A DNA stretch of 64,000 nt from Desulfurococcales archaeon (lineage in GTDB: Archaea; Thermoproteota; Thermoprotei_A; Sulfolobales; NBVN01). The DNA is taken from positions 3,424 to 67,423 of the forward strand of contig WAKQ01000002.1 in assembly GCA_015523295.1 (NCBI GenBank), read 5' to 3'. Position numbers and translations under genes: made by a program. The notes below the pieces were generated by a model. It was not told the DNA's origin, ran no database searches, and saw only the letters and a program-made list of their open reading frames with translations. Shown piece after piece: positions 50,762 to 59,271 of the stretch (positions within the stretch are counted from its first letter, which is position 1; each line of letters begins with the position of its first letter).

Positions 50762-51247
50762 TTATAAAGAATTGAAGGCCTCCTTAAGCCTCCTATATGT
50801 CTTACCTAAATCCTCTGGAATAACTTTGGTTCCTCCGATAACTGGCATGAAATTAGAGTCACCTAACCAGCGAGGCACTACATGAATATGCATATGTCCT
50901 TCAACCCCTGCTCCCGCAACACGACCAATATTCATGCCTATGTTAAACCCTTGCGGCTGGTACTCCTTTTCAATCGCTTTTAGGGTTAAGACTAGCGTTT
51001 TATGAATATCGACTATCTCCTCATCAGATAAAAGATCTGGCCTCGGTACATGTCTTTTAGGCGCAACCATAACATGTGCGGTATTATAAGGGTATATGTT
51101 CAACACAACTATGCTATGTTCACCACGATATACGACCTTATTGGCCTCATCATCACTACTATTCACCGCCTTACAGAATATACATTCTTTTTCTTTAGAG
51201 ACCTTAATTATATATGTCATTCGCCAAGGAGCCCACAATACATCCAT
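50762..51247 (-). CDS. HIT family hydrolase
   Basis: LWAPWR, CIFC and HMHIHVVPR motifs. Confidence 0.95.
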   Translation of the reverse strand: MDVLWAPWRMTYIIKVSKEKECIFCKAVNSSDDEANKVVYRGEHSIVVLNIYPYNTAHVMVAPKRHVPRPDLLSDEEIVDIHKTLVLTLKAIEKEYQPQGFNIGMNIGRVAGAGVEGHMHIHVVPRWLGDSNFMPVIGGTKVIPEDLGKTYRRLKEAFNSL

Positions 51248-51320
51248 TGCCCTGACCTCTTTAGATGATTTAACATAGGGTAAAGAATGTTAACCTCCCA
51301 ATTCATAATCAAAACCTTAC

Positions 51321-52049
51321 CTAATGCAATAGATGGATAAACAGCTCGATCATCCACTCCTGAGGCGTTAGCAGTGCTGCAACGTACCCCACTAAATAGA
51401 ACAACACGTGAGGAAATCCAGGCGTAACCCAGAGAATATCCACCTCCTTTAACATTCCCTTACCAACCATCTTCTCGATTGAAGCTCTGACCCTATCTTC
51501 CTCCTCATCATCAAGGCTAAAGGAAGTTCTGCATAGATAACCCTCCTCTAAAGGTATCGTGAGAGGGTAGACAAACTTGCTTTTTAAAAACCTTCCAACA
51601 CTCAATGGCCTCCCCAAAAAAATCAGAAGAGCCTTAGACCCCTCCACACATTTGATTTTGCCCATCTCCTTCCAGTGCGCTAAGTTCAAGATAAAATAGT
51701 AGCCCATAACAGCAACCGGTATTAGCAGGGAATATATGAGGGTTAACAAAGATATAGGGAAAATGTAGAAGAAGGGATGGGCTAAGGAGATAAGAAGTAA
51801 GGCGAGAAAGTCAGCACCACCAATCATATCAAGTAAAGAGAGGGCGAAGACTGCTAATGAAGGGATTAAAGAAATGAGGGTATGAATTACATCATATCTT
51901 CCTAAAATGAGGTTGACAACAACAACTACAGCTAGGGAGGGCAACCATGTAAGCTCGGGTATGTCCCTATACTTCACATCACGGTATGACGCATAAATAA
52001 GCGTTGAGAGAACTGCTCCAACAACTACACCTTCATAGAGGTTCAGCAG
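51321..52049 (-). CDS. prepilin/preflagellin peptidase (A24, PibD/FlaK)
   Basis: ASYRDVKYRDIP (first catalytic Asp lies upstream of the ORF-track start), GGADF and WVTPGFP; CTG start at 52049 proposed. Confidence 0.85.
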   Translation of the reverse strand: MLNLYEGVVVGAVLSTLIYASYRDVKYRDIPELTWLPSLAVVVVVNLILGRYDVIHTLISLIPSLAVFALSLLDMIGGADFLALLLISLAHPFFYIFPISLLTLIYSLLIPVAVMGYYFILNLAHWKEMGKIKCVEGSKALLIFLGRPLSVGRFLKSKFVYPLTIPLEEGYLCRTSFSLDDEEEDRVRASIEKMVGKGMLKEVDILWVTPGFPHVLFYLVGYVAALLTPQEWMIELFIHLLH

Positions 52050-52064
52050 ACCCCAACACCGCTT

Positions 52065-53021
52065 TCAATCTTCAATGTCACGTATCCCTTCATCAGTTAT
52101 GATGAAGACGGCCTCTCCTTCAGGGAGGTGCGGTGCGTCAACAATCCTGGCAATCCTTTTTCCTCCCCTACTCTTTCGAAGCTGAACCCTTATCCCCGGA
52201 GCATGTGCGAGGACGTGACCGCCTACCGCCGTAGTCGGATCCCCGTAGAATACGTCAGGTCTTGCCATCACCTGATTAGTTACTACTACTGCTACATCAT
52301 ATACATCTGCTATCCTCGCCAGTTGGTGCAAGTGCCTATTGAGTTTCTGCTGTCTAGTAGCTAGATTCTCCCTGCCCGGGTATTCAGCCCTGAAAAGACC
52401 CATAACCGAGTCTACAACCAATAGCTTTATGTTCTCCTTAGCTATCACATCCATTGCTTCCTCAACGATGGCTATCTGATGATCGCTGCTTATTGCCCTA
52501 GCCCATATAATGTTCCTCATCACCTCATCCGGGTCTAGATCCAGAGCCCTAGCCATAGCCTCAATTCTCTCCCACCTAAACGTACCCTCCGTATCGATAT
52601 ATATGGCCTTACCGCTCAAGCCTCCTCTCTCAGGAGGTAGCTGAACGTTCACAGAAAGCTGATGACAGATATTAGTTTTACCGCTTCCGAACTCCCCAAA
52701 GAACTCGGTGATGGTCCTCGTCTCAATACCTCCTCCAAGAAGCTCATCAAGCTTTTTGGAACCTGTGGTTATCCTACCTATGCTCTCTCTTTCCTTCTTG
52801 AGCTCTAAGGCCGTCTTGAAGCGAAGGCCTAACGCCTCTCTCGCCTTGCTCACGATTCTATGCGCTGTCGGTGTGGGGATCCCTACTATACTAGCGAGCT
52901 CGCTTACATTGGCAACCGCCACTGCCTCGAGGGTCTTGAAGCCGGCCTCAGACAGTTTATGCAGTAAGGAAGGGCTGAGACCTAGATCCTCAAGAGTCTT
53001 AATCTTCCTCTCTTCACCCAT
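52065..53021 (-). CDS. radA: DNA repair and recombination protein RadA
   Basis: [24 protein letters not shown] and [10 protein letters not shown] motifs. Confidence 0.98.
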   Translation of the reverse strand: MGEERKIKTLEDLGLSPSLLHKLSEAGFKTLEAVAVANVSELASIVGIPTPTAHRIVSKAREALGLRFKTALELKKERESIGRITTGSKKLDELLGGGIETRTITEFFGEFGSGKTNICHQLSVNVQLPPERGGLSGKAIYIDTEGTFRWERIEAMARALDLDPDEVMRNIIWARAISSDHQIAIVEEAMDVIAKENIKLLVVDSVMGLFRAEYPGRENLATRQQKLNRHLHQLARIADVYDVAVVVTNQVMARPDVFYGDPTTAVGGHVLAHAPGIRVQLRKSRGGKRIARIVDAPHLPEGEAVFIITDEGIRDIED

Positions 53022-53170
53022 AACCTACCTGACCTAAGTTGAAGCTATTTATAGAGCTATTAAGTTTTAAACGTGCTCAACCTACACAAGCATAATGTGA
53101 ACTAGGTATTATTAATTTATTGTAGGGTCAAAGAAAATATTACGCCAGTTGAGACATGTAATGCATCGAG

Positions 53171-54739
53171 GTGACTAATGTGAAGGTTCTGCTGATACAT
53201 GCGAGGACCTTTAAATTCTCCGCAAAGTCTAAAGCGTTGAAGGAGGCTGAACCCAGCCCACTTCTAAAGGAGGTGGAAACACATAACGCATTAATAGCTT
53301 TCACAACCGTTGAGATAGGCGATTATAGCTGCTTAAACCAGATCACCACATCTCTCACTGAAGACCTAAAAAAGCATATAAAACGCATAAAGGCCAATTC
53401 CCTAGTCATATATCCCTACGCGCATCTAAGCAGTAACTTAGCCCCACCTACCGAGGCAGTTAAGGTACTCAGAAGCATTGAACAGGCATTGAAGCAGGTG
53501 ATGGCTGATAAGGATGTACTAAGAGCGCCCTTCGGATGGTACAAGTACTTCATGGTGGAATGTATTGGACATCCCCTTTCAGAACTTTCAAGAAGCTATG
53601 AATGCACTACCCCAAGTAAAGAGTTATGTACATTAACTGCCTTAAGAGGTGATCTCCCTAAAGAGATGAAAGATTTCCTGTGCTCATCCCTAACAAAGGG
53701 AACCTCCTTACTTAGGAGGCCGAAGATAGAGAGAACAATTCAAGAAAGGTTCGGCTTTCTCATAACTCCCAGCAACGGGAGATACAGCCTTATAACACGA
53801 GATAAGTCATTAAAGATGTTCAACGTACTCAGAAATATTGCAGCATCATTAGCTAAGAAGTATAAAGCAGTAGAGGTTCAGATAAGCACTCTACATCCCG
53901 GAAAAGGTTTAAAGAGTGGCTTCTGGCTATTTAACAAAGATGTTTCCAATACTTCAACATTTTTCGAGGCTTCAGCAACATCAATGAGCAGTGGACGCTT
54001 AACATTATTTGACTCGGTGAACGAATCAATACTCTTTCACCGCTTCAAAACGTTTGACGACATTTTAGAATTAATTTCATATGTTGCCTCAATTAATCGA
54101 AAGATCATGAAGGATTTGAATAGAGAGGGAATACTTATCGTTGAAGCTGGAAGTGAGAAAGGGCTAGATAAGTATGGCTTTCTAATAAATGAACTGAGCA
54201 AAGGGATCGAACAAGTTATGGCGGTAGGACATACCTCTTTTACAGGTTTCAGAGCTAGATATCTAGTGAAGGACTCCTCAGGAAACTTCGTTGAGCTAGG
54301 GGGTCTGGAAATAGCTGAAGAGAGTGACTCACTTGATGCGGGTAGCAATATCTTTGGCCCTCTTCAAAATGTCGTTTATTTAGCCCTAGATGGAGCTGCA
54401 GAGCAATTAAGGAATTCCAAAACGCCTGTGATCCCCACATGGCTCTCTCCTATTCAGGTTAGGCTCCTTCCCTTGAAAGACGTTTACGTTCCTTATTGCC
54501 TTGAAATAATTGAAAAAATGTCTGAACATGGAATTAGAGCCGAGGTAGATAGCCGCTCAGTCAGCCTCGGAAAAAAGATAAGGGATGCTGGAAGAGAGTG
54601 GATACCATATGTTGTCATTATAGGTGAGAGAGAGGTAACTGCAAACGTATTGAATGTTAGGATCAGATCGGAGGGCAGGCAGGTATCGATGAACGTTGAG
54701 GAGCTGATAAGTAAGGTCTTGGAAGAATCTCTTCTCTAA
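53171..54739 (+). CDS. threonyl-tRNA synthetase editing subunit (ThrRS-ed)
   Basis: LLIHA, YPYAHLS, RAPFGWYK and GHPLSE editing domain; C-terminal anticodon-binding domain; degenerate middle. Confidence 0.88.
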   Translation: MTNVKVLLIHARTFKFSAKSKALKEAEPSPLLKEVETHNALIAFTTVEIGDYSCLNQITTSLTEDLKKHIKRIKANSLVIYPYAHLSSNLAPPTEAVKVLRSIEQALKQVMADKDVLRAPFGWYKYFMVECIGHPLSELSRSYECTTPSKELCTLTALRGDLPKEMKDFLCSSLTKGTSLLRRPKIERTIQERFGFLITPSNGRYSLITRDKSLKMFNVLRNIAASLAKKYKAVEVQISTLHPGKGLKSGFWLFNKDVSNTSTFFEASATSMSSGRLTLFDSVNESILFHRFKTFDDILELISYVASINRKIMKDLNREGILIVEAGSEKGLDKYGFLINELSKGIEQVMAVGHTSFTGFRARYLVKDSSGNFVELGGLEIAEESDSLDAGSNIFGPLQNVVYLALDGAAEQLRNSKTPVIPTWLSPIQVRLLPLKDVYVPYCLEIIEKMSEHGIRAEVDSRSVSLGKKIRDAGREWIPYVVIIGEREVTANVLNVRIRSEGRQVSMNVEELISKVLEESLL

Positions 54740-54787
54740 GACAGGAGAGATACACGTGTTCTTAACCTAGCCTGTGATACTTTTTAT

Positions 54788-54842
54788 TGGATGATGACCT
54801 GTCTTATGTCTGAAGGATGAGGAGATGCACCTCCACTGACTA
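54788..54842 (+). ncRNA. C/D box sRNA
   Basis: ATGATGA-cctgtcttatgt-CTGA-agg-ATGAGGA-gatgcacctcca-CTGA. Confidence 0.88.
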
Positions 54843-54995
54843 TTGATCGTCTAACCGGCCTAATATCTCGTGGAACGTGTTCTTCTTGCACTTCCTACAG
54901 TAATGATAGATTGTCTTCATGTCGCTGATGTCATAGCTGACCTTAAGAATCCACTCACTTCCACATTCCTTACATTTAAGCCTCCATGCAGTCAA
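54840..54995 (-). CDS. small zinc-ribbon protein (51 aa, not in ORF track)
   Basis: MTAWRLKCKECGSEWILKVSYDISDMKTIYHYCRKCKKNTFHEILGRLDDQ; GGTG RBS 7 nt before TTG. Confidence 0.8.
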   Translation of the reverse strand: MTAWRLKCKECGSEWILKVSYDISDMKTIYHYCRKCKKNTFHEILGRLDDQ

Positions 54996-55073
54996 CCCTG
55001 AACACCTTCTTACATACAGGTTGAAAAGAATTAAATACTCTTGTACTCCTCTACTAAACGGATGACCTCTGGT

Positions 55074-55228
55074 GGGCCCGTGGCTCAGCCAGGTAGAGCG
55101 GCGGACCCCTGAAGGGTGTCGAGGCTCCAGTCCGCTCTACGGGTCTGCTGACCTTAACATAAGGGATGACAGAAGAACCTTCGGGAGAGACCCGTAGGTC
55201 GGGGGTTCAAATCCCCCCGGGCCCACCA
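55074..55228 (+). tRNA. tRNA-Trp(CCA) with two introns (19 nt at ~30/31; 59 nt at 37/38)
   Basis: GCGG[55105-55123]G-CT-CCA-G[55131-55189]A-CCCGT; removal gives a 77-nt cloverleaf ending ACCA. Confidence 0.88.
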
Positions 55229-55524
55229 CACCCGAAAGGGATAAGCAGGGCTCCTAAGCGCTTGAGAACTTCATCTATGAGTGATAGATTTAAAACAGAG
55301 GGTGAACTAGCGCTCTGGAGTGTGAATTAAGATCGAGGGCTTCCTTTCCTTCCTAGCTAATATTGATTGCTGATTACGTGATATTAGAATATTAAAAACT
55401 ATCAGATGGCAAGTAGGTTATCTTCCCAGGATATCTGAAGACCTTCATTGTCCTGTGATGTAACAATAAACCACCCAGCAATCTATACTGCTTTTAAAGG
55501 AAGACCGTGAACTATTACATCTTT

Positions 55525-55580
55525 ACGTCAGCGCTTTGGCCCTTCATCACGATGGTCAGGGCATCAATCCTCATCACACT
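55525..55580 (-). ncRNA. C/D box sRNA
   Basis: Minus strand GTGATGA-ggattgatgcc-CTGA-ccatc-GTGATGA-agggccaaagcg-CTGA. Confidence 0.9.
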
Positions 55581-55594
55581 TTAAGGATGTTTAT

Positions 55595-56212
55595 TTAGAG
55601 TTTAAACATATTTTTCGACCAGTATTCTCTCATTTTTCTACGTTTGATCTCCCTCATTAACCTGTCTATGTGCCGGTAGACAGTTGAATGCATTCTCCCC
55701 TGTATTAGCATCTCCACTGCTTCCCTTGCTACCTGTGCCGACTCGTAATCCCCTATTATTGCTATAATATCATCATATATGTTTAGGTAGACCCCCGTCA
55801 TTTGCTCGATATTTCTTTTAGCTTTACCTTTCTCTCCAATTACTCGACCCTTTACTCTGCTGAGGTGGTTAGGTGAATCTCCTACTACCTCCTTCAGGTT
55901 TATAATGATGAGCGTTTGATCTTCTTCCAGAAGTCTCCAAGCCTTTTCAGGAGGGAAACCAGCAGCTACTGCTCTTATAAAGTCTCTGGCTTTCAGAAGC
56001 CTGTCCATGGAGGTATAGGGTGTAGCTGGCTCGATCGCCACCGACCCGTTCACACTGTCTACACTTATCAACGTTCCAGTACGGTCTTCTAGCTCTTTAA
56101 GTACCTTGCCCTCCTCCCCTATAAGAGGTCCTAGCCTATCCGTGGGAACCCTGAGATACATTTTAGTGACTCCTGGGCTAAGCCTACCTTCCTTCTCGAC
56201 CAACCGACACAC
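55595..56212 (-). CDS. KH-domain rRNA processing protein (Dim2/Pno1)
   Basis: LIGEEG, RVKGRVIGEKG and GRMHSTVY motifs. Confidence 0.93.
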   Translation of the reverse strand: MCRLVEKEGRLSPGVTKMYLRVPTDRLGPLIGEEGKVLKELEDRTGTLISVDSVNGSVAIEPATPYTSMDRLLKARDFIRAVAAGFPPEKAWRLLEEDQTLIIINLKEVVGDSPNHLSRVKGRVIGEKGKAKRNIEQMTGVYLNIYDDIIAIIGDYESAQVAREAVEMLIQGRMHSTVYRHIDRLMREIKRRKMREYWSKNMFKL

Positions 56213-56236
56213 CGTATCATAGATTCGAGATCAGGA

Positions 56237-57049
56237 CTAATATAGGGACCCGGCCTCATCTCCGAGAACATATTTCATTAAATCATCAGGGGATGGAATG
56301 TCGAGACCAACTTCCTTACTGAAGAAGTTATGTATGTTTTTCAAATCCCTTCTCAGAAACTCAATGGCGTTAGGATGCTCTCTCTTGACTGCCTGACTTA
56401 CATCTATTATGTAGTGCTTACCCTGCCAAATCATGATGTTATACTCGCTTAAGTCCCCATGAATCAGGCCTGCCTTAACATAAGCTTTCCTAACATCATC
56501 AATTATAGAGTGAAATAATCTCCTGTACTCATCTTCACTGAGCTCACATTCCTTAAGCAATGGTGCCCTCACCCCTGAAGAGCCTATGAACTCCATGACA
56601 AGAATATTCTTATGTTGGGCTATGGGTTTCGGGACTGAAACACCTGCCTGGTATAGTGTGAGATAGTTCTTAAACTCCTTCCTAGCCCACAAACTCATCA
56701 ATTTTTTAGTGGATTTCGGTATATAGCCGTCGAATCTAGGATCCCCCTTTAGATACTTTATTAGGCCTTTCCTGAACTCGGCTGTGCTCGTCAAGTAGAT
56801 CTTGACTGCCAAATCCTCTCCCTTAACGCCTTTCCCCCAGTAAACCCTGGCCTCTTTACCAGCACTTACAACCCCCTTAAGCTCATAAAGTACCTTCTTG
56901 CGGACGAGTTCCAACACTGCGAGGAGGGTGGCTCTATCAAACACCTCCTCAACAGTTTCAAATAAGTCCTTATCGACTTCACGCCTTTCCTTTCCTGTGA
57001 GCCTATAATACCTATCGAGAACCTCGTCTATACCTTCCCCAGGTATCAG
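56237..57049 (-). CDS. rio1: RIO1 serine/threonine kinase
   Basis: SAGKEARVY, AVKIY, HGDLSEYN and IIDVSQAV motifs; frame extends upstream through ETVEEVFD to CTG/ATA at 57049/57046. Confidence 0.95.
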   Translation of the reverse strand: MIPGEGIDEVLDRYYRLTGKERREVDKDLFETVEEVFDRATLLAVLELVRKKVLYELKGVVSAGKEARVYWGKGVKGEDLAVKIYLTSTAEFRKGLIKYLKGDPRFDGYIPKSTKKLMSLWARKEFKNYLTLYQAGVSVPKPIAQHKNILVMEFIGSSGVRAPLLKECELSEDEYRRLFHSIIDDVRKAYVKAGLIHGDLSEYNIMIWQGKHYIIDVSQAVKREHPNAIEFLRRDLKNIHNFFSKEVGLDIPSPDDLMKYVLGDEAGSLY

Positions 57050-57384
57050 AGCTCACCCTCATACTCAAGAAGTGCAGGGTCCAAAACACCCATTTCAAGC
57101 AGCTTCTTCTTCTCATCCCTTGTATACCTGTAGAGGACATCGCCTCTATCATCCCTGAACTCCCATACCCCAAGAAGGACGATGTCCTTCGGGTTCATCC
57201 ACATTCTCCTCCTGAGCTTGCCCGGGATTCTTCCCATTCTTTCCTTGCCGTCCTGGCAGAAGACTTTGACGTAGTTACCTCCTATGATGTCAGTGACAAC
57301 GCATAAAACCTGGCCTTCCTCCTCCTTTGGAAGGAGGAGCTCCTCCTCAGATTCCTCCTTCCTTATCTTCTTCCGCTTACCCAG
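57046..57384 (-). CDS. eif1a: translation initiation factor aIF-1A
   Basis: LPKEEEGQVLCVVTDIIGGNYVKVFCQDGKERMGRIPGKLRRRMW; frame open to CTG at 57384. Confidence 0.93.
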   Translation of the reverse strand: MGKRKKIRKEESEEELLLPKEEEGQVLCVVTDIIGGNYVKVFCQDGKERMGRIPGKLRRRMWMNPKDIVLLGVWEFRDDRGDVLYRYTRDEKKKLLEMGVLDPALLEYEGEL

Positions 57385-57395
57385 ATCAAAACACC

Positions 57396-58430
57396 CTATA
57401 TGAGTAGGTAGGGGATTCCCTTATAAATAAGTATTTTTACACGTGACCCTAAGTCAAGGATCTTCGGCGAGCTGACATAGTATATATTGCCACTGTCGAC
57501 AGCTTGAACAACTGCCTTACCGCCTTCATAGTTCAGGAGCCTCCCCTCGACTATGGCGTAGTCCTTGCCTGTGAGGACTTGAAACCCCTTAGACCACAGT
57601 TCATCACGTTTAACGCTTAACATCCTCCCATCCGAAAGCCTTCTAAGAAATATAATCCCCTTTCGACTTAGCCCTACAACTGTGTAGAGATCCTCATCGA
57701 ATACAACTACATCACCGGGTAAAAGGCCTGGTACCCTAGCAGATATTGTCAGCTTCCCATGCTTCTTCCCACCCAAGTACCCGTAATCCTTCCAAGTCTG
57801 CTTAACATGGGCTGAGAACTCCTTCTTAAGGACTGAGGCTATGAGCCTAGCTGATGAGGGATCCCTCACACGGAGATCAACCCCATCATGGCTTTCCTCG
57901 ATCTTGACGACATTGCTGAATTCCTTTAGCTCGGTAACCCTGTCAGCAATTCTCCTGAAAACTTCATACCTAGGAGGACCTTCAGATCTTATCTGTACCG
58001 TAGCTTCATAGGACTCATTTCTGATTGATGAGCATATTGGGCACAGCTTGTGCTTAACCTCGAAAAGCAAAGTGCCATCCTGTTCCAACACGTGCTTACC
58101 GTACCTGCCTTTCACCCTGTAGAAAGCTTTATCCGAGACAACCTTGTCCACATTAACCTCCACATCTGTAAAACCCGGGTAGATTGACGACCTCTTAACT
58201 AAGGCCTTGTTTATGTATATCTCGAGAGCTTTAGCTATACTCCCATCTGTTGGGAGCCAGTCATTTCCCACGAGTACTGAGCCGCAGGAAGGACATACGA
58301 CTATCGTTATTTTACTGGGGAAACTAACAATCCTTCTCTCCTCTACAAAGTGCTTAGGGCATAGGCCATCTATTATTGGAGTGTTTTCATCCTCTTCAAC
58401 ACCGCACCTCACACAGAACCTTCTCCCCAA
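57396..58430 (-). CDS. nmd3: NMD3 family protein
   Basis: FCVRCG, CPSCG and CPIC...YEATVQIR motifs. Confidence 0.9.
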   Translation of the reverse strand: MGRRFCVRCGVEEDENTPIIDGLCPKHFVEERRIVSFPSKITIVVCPSCGSVLVGNDWLPTDGSIAKALEIYINKALVKRSSIYPGFTDVEVNVDKVVSDKAFYRVKGRYGKHVLEQDGTLLFEVKHKLCPICSSIRNESYEATVQIRSEGPPRYEVFRRIADRVTELKEFSNVVKIEESHDGVDLRVRDPSSARLIASVLKKEFSAHVKQTWKDYGYLGGKKHGKLTISARVPGLLPGDVVVFDEDLYTVVGLSRKGIIFLRRLSDGRMLSVKRDELWSKGFQVLTGKDYAIVEGRLLNYEGGKAVVQAVDSGNIYYVSSPKILDLGSRVKILIYKGIPYLLI

Positions 58431-58433
58431 GAC

Positions 58434-58766
58434 TCACATCCTCACAAATTGAGCATATGGAACCCCCTTAACCTTCAAAACAGCTTCAGGATGGATTATG
58501 CCTGCCTTGACGGCCTCACCTACTATTCTCTCACCAACGATCATTGCTGTGTATGCCGTTTTAAGCTGTTCCAATGCCTCATCAATGGAGGCTTCAATCC
58601 CCTTAAAGAACTCCTCGTTCACTACAAGCCTAATCTCTCCTGAGACGAAGACCCTGCCTAAAAGCTCCTTATCGCAAACACCTACCACTCTCTTTACAGT
58701 GCCTGAACCATCCGCATACTCCTGGACCTTGACGTAAACCGCTACCTCTTCATCCATGCAGCTCAT
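58434..58766 (-). CDS. DUF424 family protein
   Basis: VCDKELLG, FFKG and GVPYAQ motifs. Confidence 0.9.
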   Translation of the reverse strand: MSCMDEEVAVYVKVQEYADGSGTVKRVVGVCDKELLGRVFVSGEIRLVVNEEFFKGIEASIDEALEQLKTAYTAMIVGERIVGEAVKAGIIHPEAVLKVKGVPYAQFVRM

Positions 58767-58780
58767 ACACCTTAATAGCT

Positions 58781-59209
58781 TTAGATAGGCTTTACAGGGG
58801 TCTCAGCCCCACAAGCCAGACACCTTATTATCCAGACCTTTCCCTGACGCTTTAACTCTGTTTGGTAGGAGCCACATGTTTTACACTTGACGTAAGTGTC
58901 TAGGAATCTTTTGAAAAGCTGATTTATTGTCTGGGTTGAGACCCTGGAATATATCGTGAAGACCCCCGACTCATCTATAGCACCTCTCGCAGCCAGCTCC
59001 TTGAGAAGATACCTTGAGCATATCCTGGGATCCCTCATAATGACATCGCAAACCTCCTTAAAGTTCCTGACCTTCGTCTGCACTCCCACATGAACGACCT
59101 CTAGCGGAGGTATGTCAGGGGGTGGAGGGCTCCTCCTCTCTGGTAGCTTACTATAGAGCCTGTCCAGCAATTTCTCATAATCCAATACGTCCTCACCCAT
59201 AATGAGCAC
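58781..59209 (-). CDS. translation initiation factor 2 subunit beta
   Basis: YEKLLDRLY, YVKCKTCGS and CLACGA motifs. Confidence 0.95.
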   Translation of the reverse strand: MLIMGEDVLDYEKLLDRLYSKLPERRSPPPPDIPPLEVVHVGVQTKVRNFKEVCDVIMRDPRICSRYLLKELAARGAIDESGVFTIYSRVSTQTINQLFKRFLDTYVKCKTCGSYQTELKRQGKVWIIRCLACGAETPVKPI

Positions 59210-59271
59210 CTAAACCGATATAGTTCTGAAGCTTTTAAGTTAACTAACATCGATGTAGAAGGCAGGATGGG

